A program made the translations under genes and the position numbers. A stretch of 64,000 nucleotides of DNA from Arthrobacter sp. (lineage in GTDB: Bacteria; Actinomycetota; Actinomycetes; Actinomycetales; Micrococcaceae): assembly GCA_023264815.1 (NCBI GenBank), contig JAHFUZ010000005.1, positions 65,842 to 129,841 on the forward strand, in the 5' to 3' direction. Positions 1 through 9,333 of this stretch are shown in pieces. The stretch's first letter is position 1; each line of letters opens with the position of its first letter. The notes under the pieces were generated by a model. The model searched no databases. It was not told the DNA's origin and worked only from the letters and a program-made list of their open reading frames with translations.

Positions 1-1
1 G

Positions 2-253
2 GACACCGGCGAGCCGTTCGCGTCCGGCAAGGACTTCCGGCTCGAAGCCACCATCAAGGAAGGCATCGCCCAGGACCTGGCCAAGAAGATCAACAAGATC
101 ATCCGCGACGAAGCCCCCAAGTCGGTCAAGTCCCAGATCCAGGGCGACGAACTCCGTGTCACGTCCAAGTCCCGCGATGACCTGCAGGCCACCATGGCCC
201 TGCTGAAGGACTTCGACGAGGCCGATCTGCAGTTCGTCAACTTCCGCAGCTAG
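2..253 (+). CDS. yajQ: YajQ family (UPF0234) nucleotide-binding protein, C-terminal part; the 5' end lies outside the window
   Basis: Frame-2 reading frame is open from the window edge to TAG at 251-253. My translation, ...[74 protein letters not shown], matches the YajQ C-terminus as I remember it. It is absent from the ORF track because there is no in-window Met. Confidence 0.8.
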   Translation, partial: DTGEPFASGKDFRLEATIKEGIAQDLAKKINKIIRDEAPKSVKSQIQGDELRVTSKSRDDLQATMALLKDFDEADLQFVNFRS

Positions 254-301
254 GCCGGCCCCGCCGTCGCCTTCGACGCGCACAAACCATAGCGACACGC
301 A

Positions 302-343
302 GAAAGGCTGGCGCACCCGAAATATCGGGTGCGCCAGCCTTTC
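302..343. terminator. Bidirectional stem-loop terminator between convergent yajQ and htpX
   Basis: Perfect 19-bp stem: gaaaggctggcgcacccga (302-320) pairs with tcgggtgcgccagcctttc (325-343), with a 4-nt loop. It is flanked by a/t-rich runs (aga... / ...ttcttc). Confidence 0.8.
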
Positions 344-432
344 TTCGCGTCACAGGGTAATTTGCGCGTCGCGGGGTAGTTTGCGGTCACCAGGAAGCGG
401 ACGACGGCGGCGCCCGGCTTCTCCGGCACGCG

Positions 433-1323
433 TCAGTTCAGTGGCCGGCCGGCAATCCGTTCCAGCCGGGCAATCCGGTCCTTCATGGGCGGGTGCGTGG
501 CAAACAGCTTGGTCATGGCCCCGCCGCGGAACGGGTTGGCGATCATCAGGTGCGAGGTGTTGACCAGCTTCTGGTCCTGCGGGAGCGGCGCGATCCGCAC
601 CCCCTGCTCGATCTTGCGCAGGGCTGAGGCGAGCGCCAGCGGATCGCCAGTGAGCTGCGAACCGTCCTCGTCGGCGTCGTACTCGCGGGTCCGGGAGATG
701 GCGAGCTGGATCAGCGAAGCGGCAAACGGTGCCAGCAGCGCCATGGCGATCATGGCCAGCGGGTTGGAGTTGCGCCTGTCGCCGCCGAAGAACAGCAGCA
801 TCTGGCCCACCGACGTGATGACCCCGGCAACGGCAGCCGCCACGGAGGAGGTGAGGATGTCCCGGTTGTACACGTGCATCAGCTCGTGCCCCAGGACCCC
901 ACGGAGCTCCCGGGCGTCGAGCAACTGGAGGATGCCCTCGGTGCAGCAGACGGCCGCGTTCTGGGGATTCCGGCCGGTGGCGAACGCGTTCGGGTTCATG
1001 GTGGGCGAGAGGTAGATCCGCGGCATCGGCTGGTTGGCCCGGACCGAGAGCTCACGCACAATCTGGTACAGCTGCGGCGCCTGGGCCTCCGTGACGGGGT
1101 AGGCCGCCATCGAGCGGATGGCGATCTTGTCGCTGTTCCAATACCCATAGGCCGTGGTGGCCACACCCACGAGCGCCATGATCCAGATGGGCGCCGCGCT
1201 GCGGGTGTTCAGCCCGATCAGGCCACCCAGCCCCAGGAGCACCGCCCACAGCGCACCGAACAGCGCTGCGGTTTTTAGTCCGTTGTAATGCTTGTGCACG
1301 TCCACTCCTCCACGTCGCGCCAC
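433..1323 (-). CDS. htpX: Zinc metalloprotease HtpX (peptidase M48)
   Basis: 296-aa ORF with the HExxH motif in GVLGHELMHVYNRD. It has N-terminal hydrophobic helices and the C-terminal FATHPPMKDRIARL typical of HtpX. Confidence 0.92.
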   Translation of the reverse strand: MARRGGVDVHKHYNGLKTAALFGALWAVLLGLGGLIGLNTRSAAPIWIMALVGVATTAYGYWNSDKIAIRSMAAYPVTEAQAPQLYQIVRELSVRANQPMPRIYLSPTMNPNAFATGRNPQNAAVCCTEGILQLLDARELRGVLGHELMHVYNRDILTSSVAAAVAGVITSVGQMLLFFGGDRRNSNPLAMIAMALLAPFAASLIQLAISRTREYDADEDGSQLTGDPLALASALRKIEQGVRIAPLPQDQKLVNTSHLMIANPFRGGAMTKLFATHPPMKDRIARLERIAGRPLN

Positions 1324-1344
1324 CTGGGCCGCGGAACGCAGGCC

Positions 1345-2616
1345 CTACGGCAGCGGGTTATGGGCATCATACTTCCAGAAACCCGGCTGCAGCTGGGCGG
1401 CCAACCAGGCCACCGCCACGCACAACGCCCCGCCCAGGAGCAGGACCCAGCCCTCACTCAAAATCTTAGTCCCGCCGCCCGCCAGCAGGTCCCCCACGCG
1501 GGGCCCGCCGGCCACCACCACAATGAACACACCCTGGAGCCGGCCCCGAAGGTGGTCCGGCGCGGCTGCCTGCAGGATGGTGTTGCGGAAGACGGCGCTG
1601 ATGGAGTCCGCAATTCCTGCCAGGGCACAGCACGCAGCCGCCGGAATCAGCCACAGGGTGGCCCCGCCGTCGTCCGTCCGGCCCGCCAGGAGCACCACTA
1701 CACCGAAGCCCGCAATCGACGCGCCCCAGCCCATCACCGACCACACCACCGCACTTCCCTGCCGCCGGACCCGGCCCAGCGGTCCGGAGAAGAGGCCGGC
1801 CAGGAATGCGCCCACTGCCGTGGAGGCCAGCAGGACGCCCACGGTGGCTTCGCCGCCACCGATCATCAGCGCACCAATGGCGGGCATCAGCGCCCGCGGC
1901 TGGGCCAGGATCATGGCGATGAGGTCGATGATGAACGTCATCCGCAGGTTGGGCCGGGTGCCCAGGAAGCGGAAACCCTCGATCACGGACCGGACGCCTG
2001 CCCGTCCGGCGGTCCCCGAAGGCGGCATGGACGGCAGCCGAAAGACGGCCCACAGCACAAACACAAAGCAGATGAAGTCGATGGTGTAGGTCCAGCCGAA
2101 GCCCACCAGTGCCACCAGCACACCGGCCAGCAGCGGCCCCACGGTCATGGCCAGCCCGAAGGACATCATGCTGAGCGCGTTGGCGGCCGGGAGGAGTTCC
2201 TTGCGGATGAGCTTGGGAATGATGGCGCTGCGGGCCGGCTGGTTGATGGACTGGGCCCCGCTCTGCAGCGCCACCAGGGAGTAGAGCACCCAGACGTTCC
2301 CCAGGGCAAGCCATGACTGGAGCGCGATCAGGCCGGTGGTCAGCCACAGCACCGACGTGGCCAGCAGCGCCACGGTGCGGCGGTTGTGGGAGTCTGCAAT
2401 GGAGCCGCCCAGCAGCCCGCCGAATACCAGGGGCACCAGCGCGAAGACGCCCAGCAGCCCCACGTAGAAACTGTCCTGTGTGAGCCGGTAGACCTCCAGG
2501 CTGACCGCCACCAGCGTGAGCTGGCTGCCCACCGCCGCTACCGCCGAACCCAGCCAGAGCCGGCGGAAAGCGGGGCTCTCCCGGAGCGGTGTGATGTCGG
2601 CCAGTAATCTCCCCAC
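1345..2616 (-). CDS. MFS transporter (EntS/MFS_3-like exporter)
   Basis: 423-aa ORF that is hydrophobic throughout, with about 12 helices. The N-terminus FRRLWLGSAVAAVGSQLTLVAVSLEVYRLT is typical of the MFS_3 family. Confidence 0.85.
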   Translation of the reverse strand: MGRLLADITPLRESPAFRRLWLGSAVAAVGSQLTLVAVSLEVYRLTQDSFYVGLLGVFALVPLVFGGLLGGSIADSHNRRTVALLATSVLWLTTGLIALQSWLALGNVWVLYSLVALQSGAQSINQPARSAIIPKLIRKELLPAANALSMMSFGLAMTVGPLLAGVLVALVGFGWTYTIDFICFVFVLWAVFRLPSMPPSGTAGRAGVRSVIEGFRFLGTRPNLRMTFIIDLIAMILAQPRALMPAIGALMIGGGEATVGVLLASTAVGAFLAGLFSGPLGRVRRQGSAVVWSVMGWGASIAGFGVVVLLAGRTDDGGATLWLIPAAACCALAGIADSISAVFRNTILQAAAPDHLRGRLQGVFIVVVAGGPRVGDLLAGGGTKILSEGWVLLLGGALCVAVAWLAAQLQPGFWKYDAHNPLP

Positions 2617-2694
2617 CCCGCAACCCTAATGGTGACTTCCCGGTCCGGATGTCCCACACGCTTGGTATTCTCAGGCGGGGAAGGGAGTTAGCCA

Positions 2695-3549
2695 ATGAAT
2701 CTGTCCAGGCGCCTTCTTTACGCATCAGAGATCTGGGAGATTGCCCGGCCCCGCACCGCGCTGACCGCAGGACATCTGCTCATCCGGCTGACCAACCCCG
2801 CCATCGCCTTCGACCTCCACTCCGCCACCGACTGGCTCCTGTGCCACAACGCCGCCCGGCACGCCCTTGCCCATGTGCTCGGGGCCACGCGCTGCACAGT
2901 GCTTTTTGCCCACCAGTGGCACCCCATTGGTGCGGCCATTGGCGAGCCGGAGGTGGAGTCCTCCACACCCACGTTCCATCTGTTCGGCCGCTGGGACGGC
3001 GAGACGGCCACCCCGGGCGAACAGCTGCTGCTTCCCACCCAGCGCAGGGTACCGGTGGCACCCGAAAAGCTTGCAGCGTACGACGACGGCCTGCGCACCG
3101 CCCTGCGCCGCTCAGCCGTGGAGCGTGCGGAGGCTCAGCGTGCGGAGGATGAGCGCACGGCACGCGCGAGAGTGCACTTCGCGGCAGTGCTGACCGACGA
3201 TACTGCCGCGAAGTGCACTCTCGACGGGCAGGCCCCGGAGTCCGTCCCGCTGACGGACCGCCCGCTGCCCGGGATTTCTGCGACCCCGCCCCCAGCGAAA
3301 GCAGGCCGGCACCACACAGTGCTGTCTCCGGCGTCGGACGGGCCGCTGGCTCCGGGGCATTTGCTGGCGATCGCGGCCGTCCTCCAGGGCCTGACGGAAC
3401 GCCGCGGCGTCACTGGCCTGAGCTGCCTGGTGCCCGACCCGGGCCATGGGCGGCTTGAAGTCCATGTCCTGGGCAGGTCTGCCGGAGAGTCGGTCAACCC
3501 CCTGCAGGACTTCCTCGCGTTACCCAATGTTAGCCAAGCCTTATTGTGA
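2695..3549 (+). CDS. Hypothetical protein. N- and C-terminal halves weakly resemble HIT-like folds with a degenerate histidine triad. Carries an in-frame palindrome.
   Basis: 284-aa ORF. GC-rich third codon positions hold in this frame both before and after 3167-3223. FHLFGRW and LEVHVLGR stand where a HIT HxHxH motif would be. The function call is a weak by-eye impression. Confidence 0.55.
   Translation: MNLSRRLLYASEIWEIARPRTALTAGHLLIRLTNPAIAFDLHSATDWLLCHNAARHALAHVLGATRCTVLFAHQWHPIGAAIGEPEVESSTPTFHLFGRWDGETATPGEQLLLPTQRRVPVAPEKLAAYDDGLRTALRRSAVERAEAQRAEDERTARARVHFAAVLTDDTAAKCTLDGQAPESVPLTDRPLPGISATPPPAKAGRHHTVLSPASDGPLAPGHLLAIAAVLQGLTERRGVTGLSCLVPDPGHGRLEVHVLGRSAGESVNPLQDFLALPNVSQALL
3167..3223. 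repeat. Perfect 22-bp inverted repeat with a 13-nt spacer (57 bp, 19 codons) embedded in-frame in CDS 2695-3549
   Basis: cgagagtgcacttcgcggcagt (3167-3188) is the exact reverse complement of actgccgcgaagtgcactctcg (3202-3223). An in-frame 15-bp tandem duplication (agcgtgcggagg at 3122-3133 and 3137-3148) lies just upstream. Confidence 0.9.
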
Positions 3550-3564
3550 TGAACTCATAATAAG
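3540..3564. promoter_or_regulatory. AT-rich imperfect palindrome, a candidate Fur/PerR/CatR-type operator overlapping a CATAAT -10-like hexamer
   Basis: cttattgtgatgaactcataataag has 9 of 12 symmetric pairs. It is an AT-rich island in GC-rich DNA, 4-16 nt upstream of the possible starts of the Fur-family gene. Confidence 0.45.
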
Positions 3565-3579
3565 TGTTTGAATAGAGGC

Positions 3580-4062
3580 ATGACGGAACACTTTGGCGGA
3601 CACGATGCCTGGGCTGCCGCCCTGCGCGCCCACGGCCGCCGCGTAACCAAGCAGCGGCTCGCCGTGCTGGCCGCCGTCGAACACCACCCGCATTCACCGG
3701 CGGAAAGCATCCTGGCCGCCGCCCGTGCCGAGCTCCCGGAGCTCACCGCACAGTCCGTCTACGTGGTCCTGGGCGACCTCACGGACCTGCACATGCTGCG
3801 CCGCTTCGAGCCGCCGCACTCGCCAGCCCTGTACGAGACCCGCGTAGGCGACAACCACCACCACGCCATCTGCATCAGCTGCGGCCGCGTGGAGGACGTG
3901 GAATGCGCCGTCGGGCACGCACCCTGCCTCACCCCGCACTGGGATGAGAACTCCAGGCCCATGACCATCCAGATCGCCGATGTGATGTACCAGGGCATCT
4001 GCCAGGACTGCCAGCAGTCTCAACAACTTCCCTCTGAACGTAACCAAGAAATCGAGAAATAG
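3580..4062 (+). CDS. Fur-family peroxide-responsive regulator (CatR/FurA/PerR-like)
   Basis: Winged-helix region [24 protein letters not shown]. Metal sites are [18 protein letters not shown] and a C-terminal CQDC. It lies directly upstream of catalase. The start is ambiguous: ATG at 3580 or TTG at 3568. Confidence 0.88.
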   Translation: MTEHFGGHDAWAAALRAHGRRVTKQRLAVLAAVEHHPHSPAESILAAARAELPELTAQSVYVVLGDLTDLHMLRRFEPPHSPALYETRVGDNHHHAICISCGRVEDVECAVGHAPCLTPHWDENSRPMTIQIADVMYQGICQDCQQSQQLPSERNQEIEK

Positions 4063-4069
4063 GAGAACA

Positions 4070-5554
4070 ATGACTGCCATTTCAACCACCCAGTCAGGTG
4101 CCCCCGTCACGTCCGACGCGCACTCCCAGTCAGTTGGTGCCGACGGTGCCATCATCCTGACTGACCACTACCTGATCGAGAAGCTCGCCCAGTTCAACCG
4201 CGAGCGCGTGCCGGAGCGTGTGGTGCACGCCAAGGGCGGCGGCGCCTTCGGTACGTTCAAGACCACCTCGGACGTCTCCAAGTACACCAAGGCAGCCTTC
4301 CTGCAGCCCGGCGTCGAGACGGACATGCTGATCCGCTTCTCCTCGGTTGCCGGCGAAAACGGCTCCCCCGACACCTGGCGCGATCCCCGCGGCTTCGCCG
4401 TCAAGTTCTACACCACCGAGGGCAACTATGACCTCGTGGGCAACAACACCCCCGTCTTCTTCATCCGCGACGGCATCAAGTTCCCGGACTTCATCCACTC
4501 CCAGAAGCGCCTCCCGGGCACCCACCTGCGCGACGCCGACATGCAGTGGGACTTCTGGACCCTGTCCCCCGAGTCCGCACACCAGGTCACCTGGCTCATG
4601 GGCGACCGCGGCCTGCCGGCTTCCTGGCGTGAAATGCAGGGCTACGGCTCGCACACCTACCAGTGGATCAACGCCGAGGGCGAGCGCTTCTGGGTCAAGT
4701 ACCACTTCAAGTCCAACCAGGGCGTCAAGTCCATCACGGGCGACCGCGCCGAAGAACTGGCCGGCTCGGATGCGGACTTCTACATCCGCGACCTGCAGGA
4801 AAACATTGCCGCCGGCAACTTCCCGTCCTGGGAACTGCACGTCCAGGTCATGCCCTACGAGGAGGCAAAGACCTACCGCTTCAACCCGTTCGACCTCACC
4901 AAGGTGTGGCCGCACTCTGACTACCCGCTGATCCACGTGGGCACCATGGAGCTGAACAAGAACCCGGAGAACTACTTCGCGCAGATCGAGCAGGCCACCT
5001 TCGCGCCGTCGAACTTCGTGCCGGGCATCGCCGCCTCGCCGGACAAGATGCTGCAGGCCCGCATCTTCTCCTACGCCGACGCACACCGCTACCGCGTGGG
5101 CACCAACCACGCCCAGATCCCGGTGAACCAGCCCAAGAGCCAGGTCAACAACTACAGCCAGGACGGCGCCGGACGTTACCTCTTCAACGCCCCGTCCGTT
5201 CCGGTCTACGCACCGAACTCCGTGGGCGGCCCCGCTGCTGTTGAGCCGGCTTCCCCTGCCGGCGGCTGGGAGAACGACGGCGAGCTGACGCTGTCCGCGC
5301 ACTCCCTGCACGCCGAGGATGGCGACTTCGTCCAGGCCGGCACGCTGTACCGCGAAGTCTTCGACGACGGCGCCAAGGCCCGCCTGCTCGAGACCATCAC
5401 CGGTGCCGTGGGCGGCGTGAAGACCCCCGAGATCAAGGAACGCGCCATCCAGTACTGGACCAACGTCGACGCCGAACTCGGCGCCAAGCTGCGCGCCAAC
5501 CTGGGCGCCGGCGCTGTTGATTCAGACGCTGAGTCTGCCAACAAGATCGGCTAG
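4070..5554 (+). CDS. katA: Monofunctional heme catalase (small-subunit type)
   Basis: 494-aa ORF with [18 protein letters not shown] (distal His), RFSSVAGE and the proximal Tyr region [14 protein letters not shown]. Confidence 0.97.
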   Translation: MTAISTTQSGAPVTSDAHSQSVGADGAIILTDHYLIEKLAQFNRERVPERVVHAKGGGAFGTFKTTSDVSKYTKAAFLQPGVETDMLIRFSSVAGENGSPDTWRDPRGFAVKFYTTEGNYDLVGNNTPVFFIRDGIKFPDFIHSQKRLPGTHLRDADMQWDFWTLSPESAHQVTWLMGDRGLPASWREMQGYGSHTYQWINAEGERFWVKYHFKSNQGVKSITGDRAEELAGSDADFYIRDLQENIAAGNFPSWELHVQVMPYEEAKTYRFNPFDLTKVWPHSDYPLIHVGTMELNKNPENYFAQIEQATFAPSNFVPGIAASPDKMLQARIFSYADAHRYRVGTNHAQIPVNQPKSQVNNYSQDGAGRYLFNAPSVPVYAPNSVGGPAAVEPASPAGGWENDGELTLSAHSLHAEDGDFVQAGTLYREVFDDGAKARLLETITGAVGGVKTPEIKERAIQYWTNVDAELGAKLRANLGAGAVDSDAESANKIG

Positions 5555-5585
5555 TCAGCCCTCTTGAGGCCTCGGGCCACAATGC

Positions 5586-5630
5586 GAAACACCCCGCCAC
5601 GATTCTGTCGTGGCGGGGTGTTTCGTTTCT
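5586..5630 (+). terminator. Rho-independent terminator after catalase
   Basis: Perfect 17-bp stem: gaaacaccccgccacga (5586-5602) pairs with tcgtggcggggtgtttc (5608-5624). It is followed by gtttct. Confidence 0.85.
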
Positions 5631-5639
5631 GCTTCGTCC

Positions 5640-6485
5640 CTAGGCGACGTCGGCGCCCGCCGATGCCGGGCGGTGGCCTTTCTTGGCGATCTGGATCTGT
5701 TCATAGACGTGGTGCCGAAGTTCGGTGAACCTCGGCAGGGCCCGCGTATTGAGCTGGTCGCGCTGTTCCGGCAGGTCGATGACGATGTCCTCCTGGACCA
5801 CTGTGGGCGAGGACGACAGGATGATGACCCGTTCGCCGAGGTAGACGGATTCGTCGATGTCATGGGTCACGAACAGCACGGTGATCCCCAGCTTCTTCCA
5901 CACGGTGCGGATCAGGTCCTCCAGGTCCGCACGGGTCTGCGCGTCCACGGCGGCAAACGGCTCGTCCATCAGAAGTACTTCGGGCTGGTACGCGATGGCG
6001 CGGGCGATTGCCACGCGCTGCTGCATGCCGCCGGACAGCTGCCACGGGTAGGAGCGTGGCACGTGGGACAGGCCTACGGCCTCAAGGGCGTCATCCACGA
6101 GCCTGTCGCGTTCGCCCTTGGGCACCCCCTGGTTCTTCAGCGGTAGGTCCACATTTTCCCGGACCCTCATCCAGGGAAACAGGGACCGGCCGTATTCCTG
6201 GAAGACCACGGCCATCTTTTTCGGTGGCCCGGACACACGTTTGCCGTCCAGGAGGACTTCCCCTTCGGTGGGGGCCATGAGGCCGGAGATGCACTTCAGG
6301 AGCGTGGTCTTGCCGGAACCGGAGGGTCCCACCAGGCAGGCCAGCTCGCCGGCCCGCAGGTCAAAGGTCAGGTTGCGCACGGCTTCGACGTCGCCGCCGT
6401 CGGTCTGGTACACCTTCTTCAGGCGTCTAACGGAGAGCATCGCTGCCGGCTTCCCCGACGGGGATGCGGTTGTGTCAGGCTGCAT
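5640..6485 (-). CDS. ABC transporter ATP-binding protein (NitT/TauT family)
   Basis: Walker A GPSGSGKTT, signature LSGGMQQR, Walker B LLMDEPF. Confidence 0.93.
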   Translation of the reverse strand: MQPDTTASPSGKPAAMLSVRRLKKVYQTDGGDVEAVRNLTFDLRAGELACLVGPSGSGKTTLLKCISGLMAPTEGEVLLDGKRVSGPPKKMAVVFQEYGRSLFPWMRVRENVDLPLKNQGVPKGERDRLVDDALEAVGLSHVPRSYPWQLSGGMQQRVAIARAIAYQPEVLLMDEPFAAVDAQTRADLEDLIRTVWKKLGITVLFVTHDIDESVYLGERVIILSSSPTVVQEDIVIDLPEQRDQLNTRALPRFTELRHHVYEQIQIAKKGHRPASAGADVA

Positions 6486-7248
6486 TTTCTACCTCTTTCT
6501 GGCCGTGGTACCAGCGCAGGATGTTCCGCTCGGCCCACTGGAAGATGAAGGACATGGCCACACCCAGCAGGCCCAGCACCACGATCCCGGACCACATTTC
6601 CGGAATGGCGAAGGACCGCTGGAACTGGACGATGGTGAAGCCAAGCCCTGAGGACGAGGCGAACATTTCGGAGATGACCATCAGGATCAGCCCCAGGGAC
6701 AGGGACTGGCGCACGCCGGCCATGATCTGCGGGCTGGCTGACGGCAGCACCAGGTACCGGACCCGGGCCCAGCCGTCGATGCCGTAAGTGTGGGCCGAAT
6801 CCGAGAGGACCCCGTCCACGGCGCGGACGCCTTCGATCGTGTTCAGCAGGACCGGCCAGACGCAGCCGGAGATGATGACAGCCACCTTCATGCCGTCCGT
6901 GATGCCCATCAGCAGGATCAGCACCGGCACCAGAACGGGCGGCGGAATGGCACGGAAGAATTCCAGCGTGGGTTCCAGCAGTGCCCGCAGCCATCTGACC
7001 GATCCAATGAGGACCCCGCCCACCACGCCGATCACGATGGCCGCGACAACACCGACCAGGAGCCTGCCGATGCTGGGCAGCACGTCCGAGAAGAACCGCG
7101 GACCGAACCAGACCTCACCGAATTTCGCGGCGAGCGTGGCCGGGGTGGGAACAAAGAAGTTGACCGCGCCGAGTGTGGAGGCCCACCAGGCCAGCACCAA
7201 CAGGACAGGCAGGGCCAGGATGTAGCCGAGGGTCTTCAGGGCTTTCAT
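6475..7248 (-). CDS. ABC transporter permease (NitT/TauT family)
   Basis: 257-aa multi-helix ORF whose ends overlap the neighbouring ABC genes. Binding-protein-dependent permease signature region ...SDSAHTYGIDGWARVRYLVLPSASPQIMAG... Confidence 0.9.
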   Translation of the reverse strand: MKALKTLGYILALPVLLVLAWWASTLGAVNFFVPTPATLAAKFGEVWFGPRFFSDVLPSIGRLLVGVVAAIVIGVVGGVLIGSVRWLRALLEPTLEFFRAIPPPVLVPVLILLMGITDGMKVAVIISGCVWPVLLNTIEGVRAVDGVLSDSAHTYGIDGWARVRYLVLPSASPQIMAGVRQSLSLGLILMVISEMFASSSGLGFTIVQFQRSFAIPEMWSGIVVLGLLGVAMSFIFQWAERNILRWYHGQKEVENAA

Positions 7249-8087
7249 ACGATCACCTCCGAACGGACCGAGGAGTGCCAGGACAGCGTCTTCCTTTCGA
7301 TGAATCGCATGAGGATGTTGATCAGCACGCCGATCAGGCCGGTGGCAAGCACCAGGGCATACATGCCCGAGATGGCGCCGCCGGACTGGGCGAGGGCGAT
7401 TTCATGGCCCAGGCCCGGCGAGCCAATCACCAGTTCCGCCGTGATGGCCAGCACCAGTGCAACCGTGGCCGCCAGCCGGACTCCGGTCATCAGGTACGGC
7501 AGGGCGGTGGGGAATACGACGTACCGGATCCGCGCCATCCTGCCCAGCCCGTACGTCTTGGCGGTGTTGTTGGCCACCATGTCGATATCCGCCACCCCGT
7601 AGAGGACCTGGATCAGCACCTGCCAGAAGGCGGCGTAGGTGATCAGCATGAGGGACGATTCGATCTTCACGCCAAAGAGCAGCACTGCGAGCGGAATCAG
7701 CGCCACCGAGGGGATGGGGCGCAGGAACTCCACCGTGGAGTTGGTGGCTTTGCGCAGGAAGTCGCTTGAGCCGATAACGAAACCCAGGACCACGGCCAGG
7801 ACGACGGCGATGATCAGCCCCAGGAACCAGGCCGTCATGGTCTCTCCCACCGCCACCCAGAATGCGGTCAGGCCGAAATCCCGTGCCAGCGCCACCATGA
7901 CCTCGCTGGCCGGCGGCAGGAAGCGTTCATTGACAATGCCGAGCCGGGGAATGAGTTCCCACGTGCCCAGGAATCCCAGGATCCCCGCGAGCCCGAGCAG
8001 TTGCTTGACGGGCACTTTGCGGACGGACCGGCGGTCCCGTCCCACGCTGGGGACGGGACCGCCGGAGGAAAGAGCGTCTGCACTCAC
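7245..8087 (-). CDS. ABC transporter permease (second subunit)
   Basis: 280-aa hydrophobic ORF. ...NNTAKTYGLGRMARIRYVVFPTALPYLMTG... is paralogous to the adjacent permease. 4-nt overlaps with both neighbours. Confidence 0.9.
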   Translation of the reverse strand: MSADALSSGGPVPSVGRDRRSVRKVPVKQLLGLAGILGFLGTWELIPRLGIVNERFLPPASEVMVALARDFGLTAFWVAVGETMTAWFLGLIIAVVLAVVLGFVIGSSDFLRKATNSTVEFLRPIPSVALIPLAVLLFGVKIESSLMLITYAAFWQVLIQVLYGVADIDMVANNTAKTYGLGRMARIRYVVFPTALPYLMTGVRLAATVALVLAITAELVIGSPGLGHEIALAQSGGAISGMYALVLATGLIGVLINILMRFIERKTLSWHSSVRSEVIV

Positions 8088-9070
8088 GGGAGCAGGTCGC
8101 CTGCGCTCGGGGACTTGGCCAGCGTGCCGTACTTGGCTGCGGCGTCGCCGAGGGTCTTGAACGCATCCTTGTTGAATTCCACGCGGTAGCGCGGCAGGAT
8201 CATCTTGGCGCGGGTGGCTTCGTCAATTTTGGTGTAGGTGCCCACGATGTCCCTGACCTCCTGCGGGTGCTCCTGGGCGTACTCAAGTGACTTGTTCATG
8301 GCACGGGTGAACTTCGCGGTCAGATCGGCCTTGCCCTTGATGGTGTCCGACTTCGTGAAGTAGCCGGCGATGTCCAGTTCGGGGCTCATTTCGACGAAGT
8401 TCGACGAGACGATGGTGCCGCCCTCGGACACGGCCTTGGACAGGAAAGGCTCCAGGATCCACGCCGCGTCCACCTGCTTGTTGGCCAGTGCCGCCGGGGC
8501 GTCGGGGAATGCCACCTCCACGAACTTCACGCTGGCGGGATCGCCACCGTCCTTTTCGATGATGGACTTGATGGTGGTGTCCCCGATGTTGGAGAGGTTG
8601 TTGACCGACACTGTTTTGCCTGCGAGGTCCTTCGGGGCCTTGATCGGCGAGCCCGCCGGGACCACCACGCCGCCGATGTCCTTGCCCTTTTCACCGGTGG
8701 TGGATGCGCCGTTGGCGACGAACTTGAGGTCCAGCCCCTTGTCCTTGGCCACCATCACGGAGATGAGGTTGGAGAACGCAAAGTCGAAGCTGCCGCTGAC
8801 CACACCGGGGACAATGGCGGCGCCGCCGGTGGCCGTCTGGATGTCCAGCTGCAGCCCCTCGTCCTTGAAGAAGCCCTGCTTGTCCCCCAGATAGATGGGC
8901 GCGCAGTCGACGATGGGGATGACTCCGACGCTGACTTTCGTCAGTTCCGAGCTTCCGGCTCCGGCAGTGGACGTTCCCCCGCCGGGGGAACTCGGTGAAC
9001 CGGATCCGCAGGCTGACAGGCCCAGGACGGATGCGGCGGCGAGGGCTGCGATGACGGTACGACGTTTCAT
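8084..9070 (-). CDS. ABC substrate-binding lipoprotein (NMT1/THI5/SsuA-like)
   Basis: Signal peptide with the lipobox LGLSAC, a Gly/Ser linker, then a periplasmic-binding-protein fold sequence. It is the first gene of the ABC operon. Confidence 0.88.
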   Translation of the reverse strand: MKRRTVIAALAAASVLGLSACGSGSPSSPGGGTSTAGAGSSELTKVSVGVIPIVDCAPIYLGDKQGFFKDEGLQLDIQTATGGAAIVPGVVSGSFDFAFSNLISVMVAKDKGLDLKFVANGASTTGEKGKDIGGVVVPAGSPIKAPKDLAGKTVSVNNLSNIGDTTIKSIIEKDGGDPASVKFVEVAFPDAPAALANKQVDAAWILEPFLSKAVSEGGTIVSSNFVEMSPELDIAGYFTKSDTIKGKADLTAKFTRAMNKSLEYAQEHPQEVRDIVGTYTKIDEATRAKMILPRYRVEFNKDAFKTLGDAAAKYGTLAKSPSAGDLLP

Positions 9071-9333
9071 GTCACTCCTTTGTGCACGGGCAGGGGAGCA
9101 ACGGCGCCCCCCATGCCAACGCTGTTCGCTTCCGAACAGGCGTTCAACTGACAGCCTCTGGTGTCAGACATTGAAGCGTCAACCAGATCCACCCATTGTT
9201 ATCCTCATGATACGTAAGCAACCGTATGGTGGACAGGGGCCTCATCTACGCGGAGCCTGCAACGAAAAACAGGCTTTCCACATAGCACGCGTGGGCTATG
9301 GCTGGCGTGCATTGCAGTACCTAGGATCACTGC

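Noticed and set aside
347-354. gcgtcaca octamer downstream of htpX, the same word seen in sulfur-gene upstream regions
   Set aside because: It is not associated with a sulfur gene and lacks the GAAAC-N5-GTCAC bipartite form. It shows that the bare octamer or GTCAC word alone is not specific, so only the bipartite motif is reported.
9071-9333. 263-bp leader of the first ABC operon (THI5/NMT1-like SBP), examined for a TPP or other riboswitch
   Set aside because: I could not find the conserved TPP-riboswitch elements (for example CUGAGA and the ACCUGAUCUGGAUAAUGCCAGCG-like core) on the minus strand. Only short hairpins are present. An Rfam scan would be needed for certainty.
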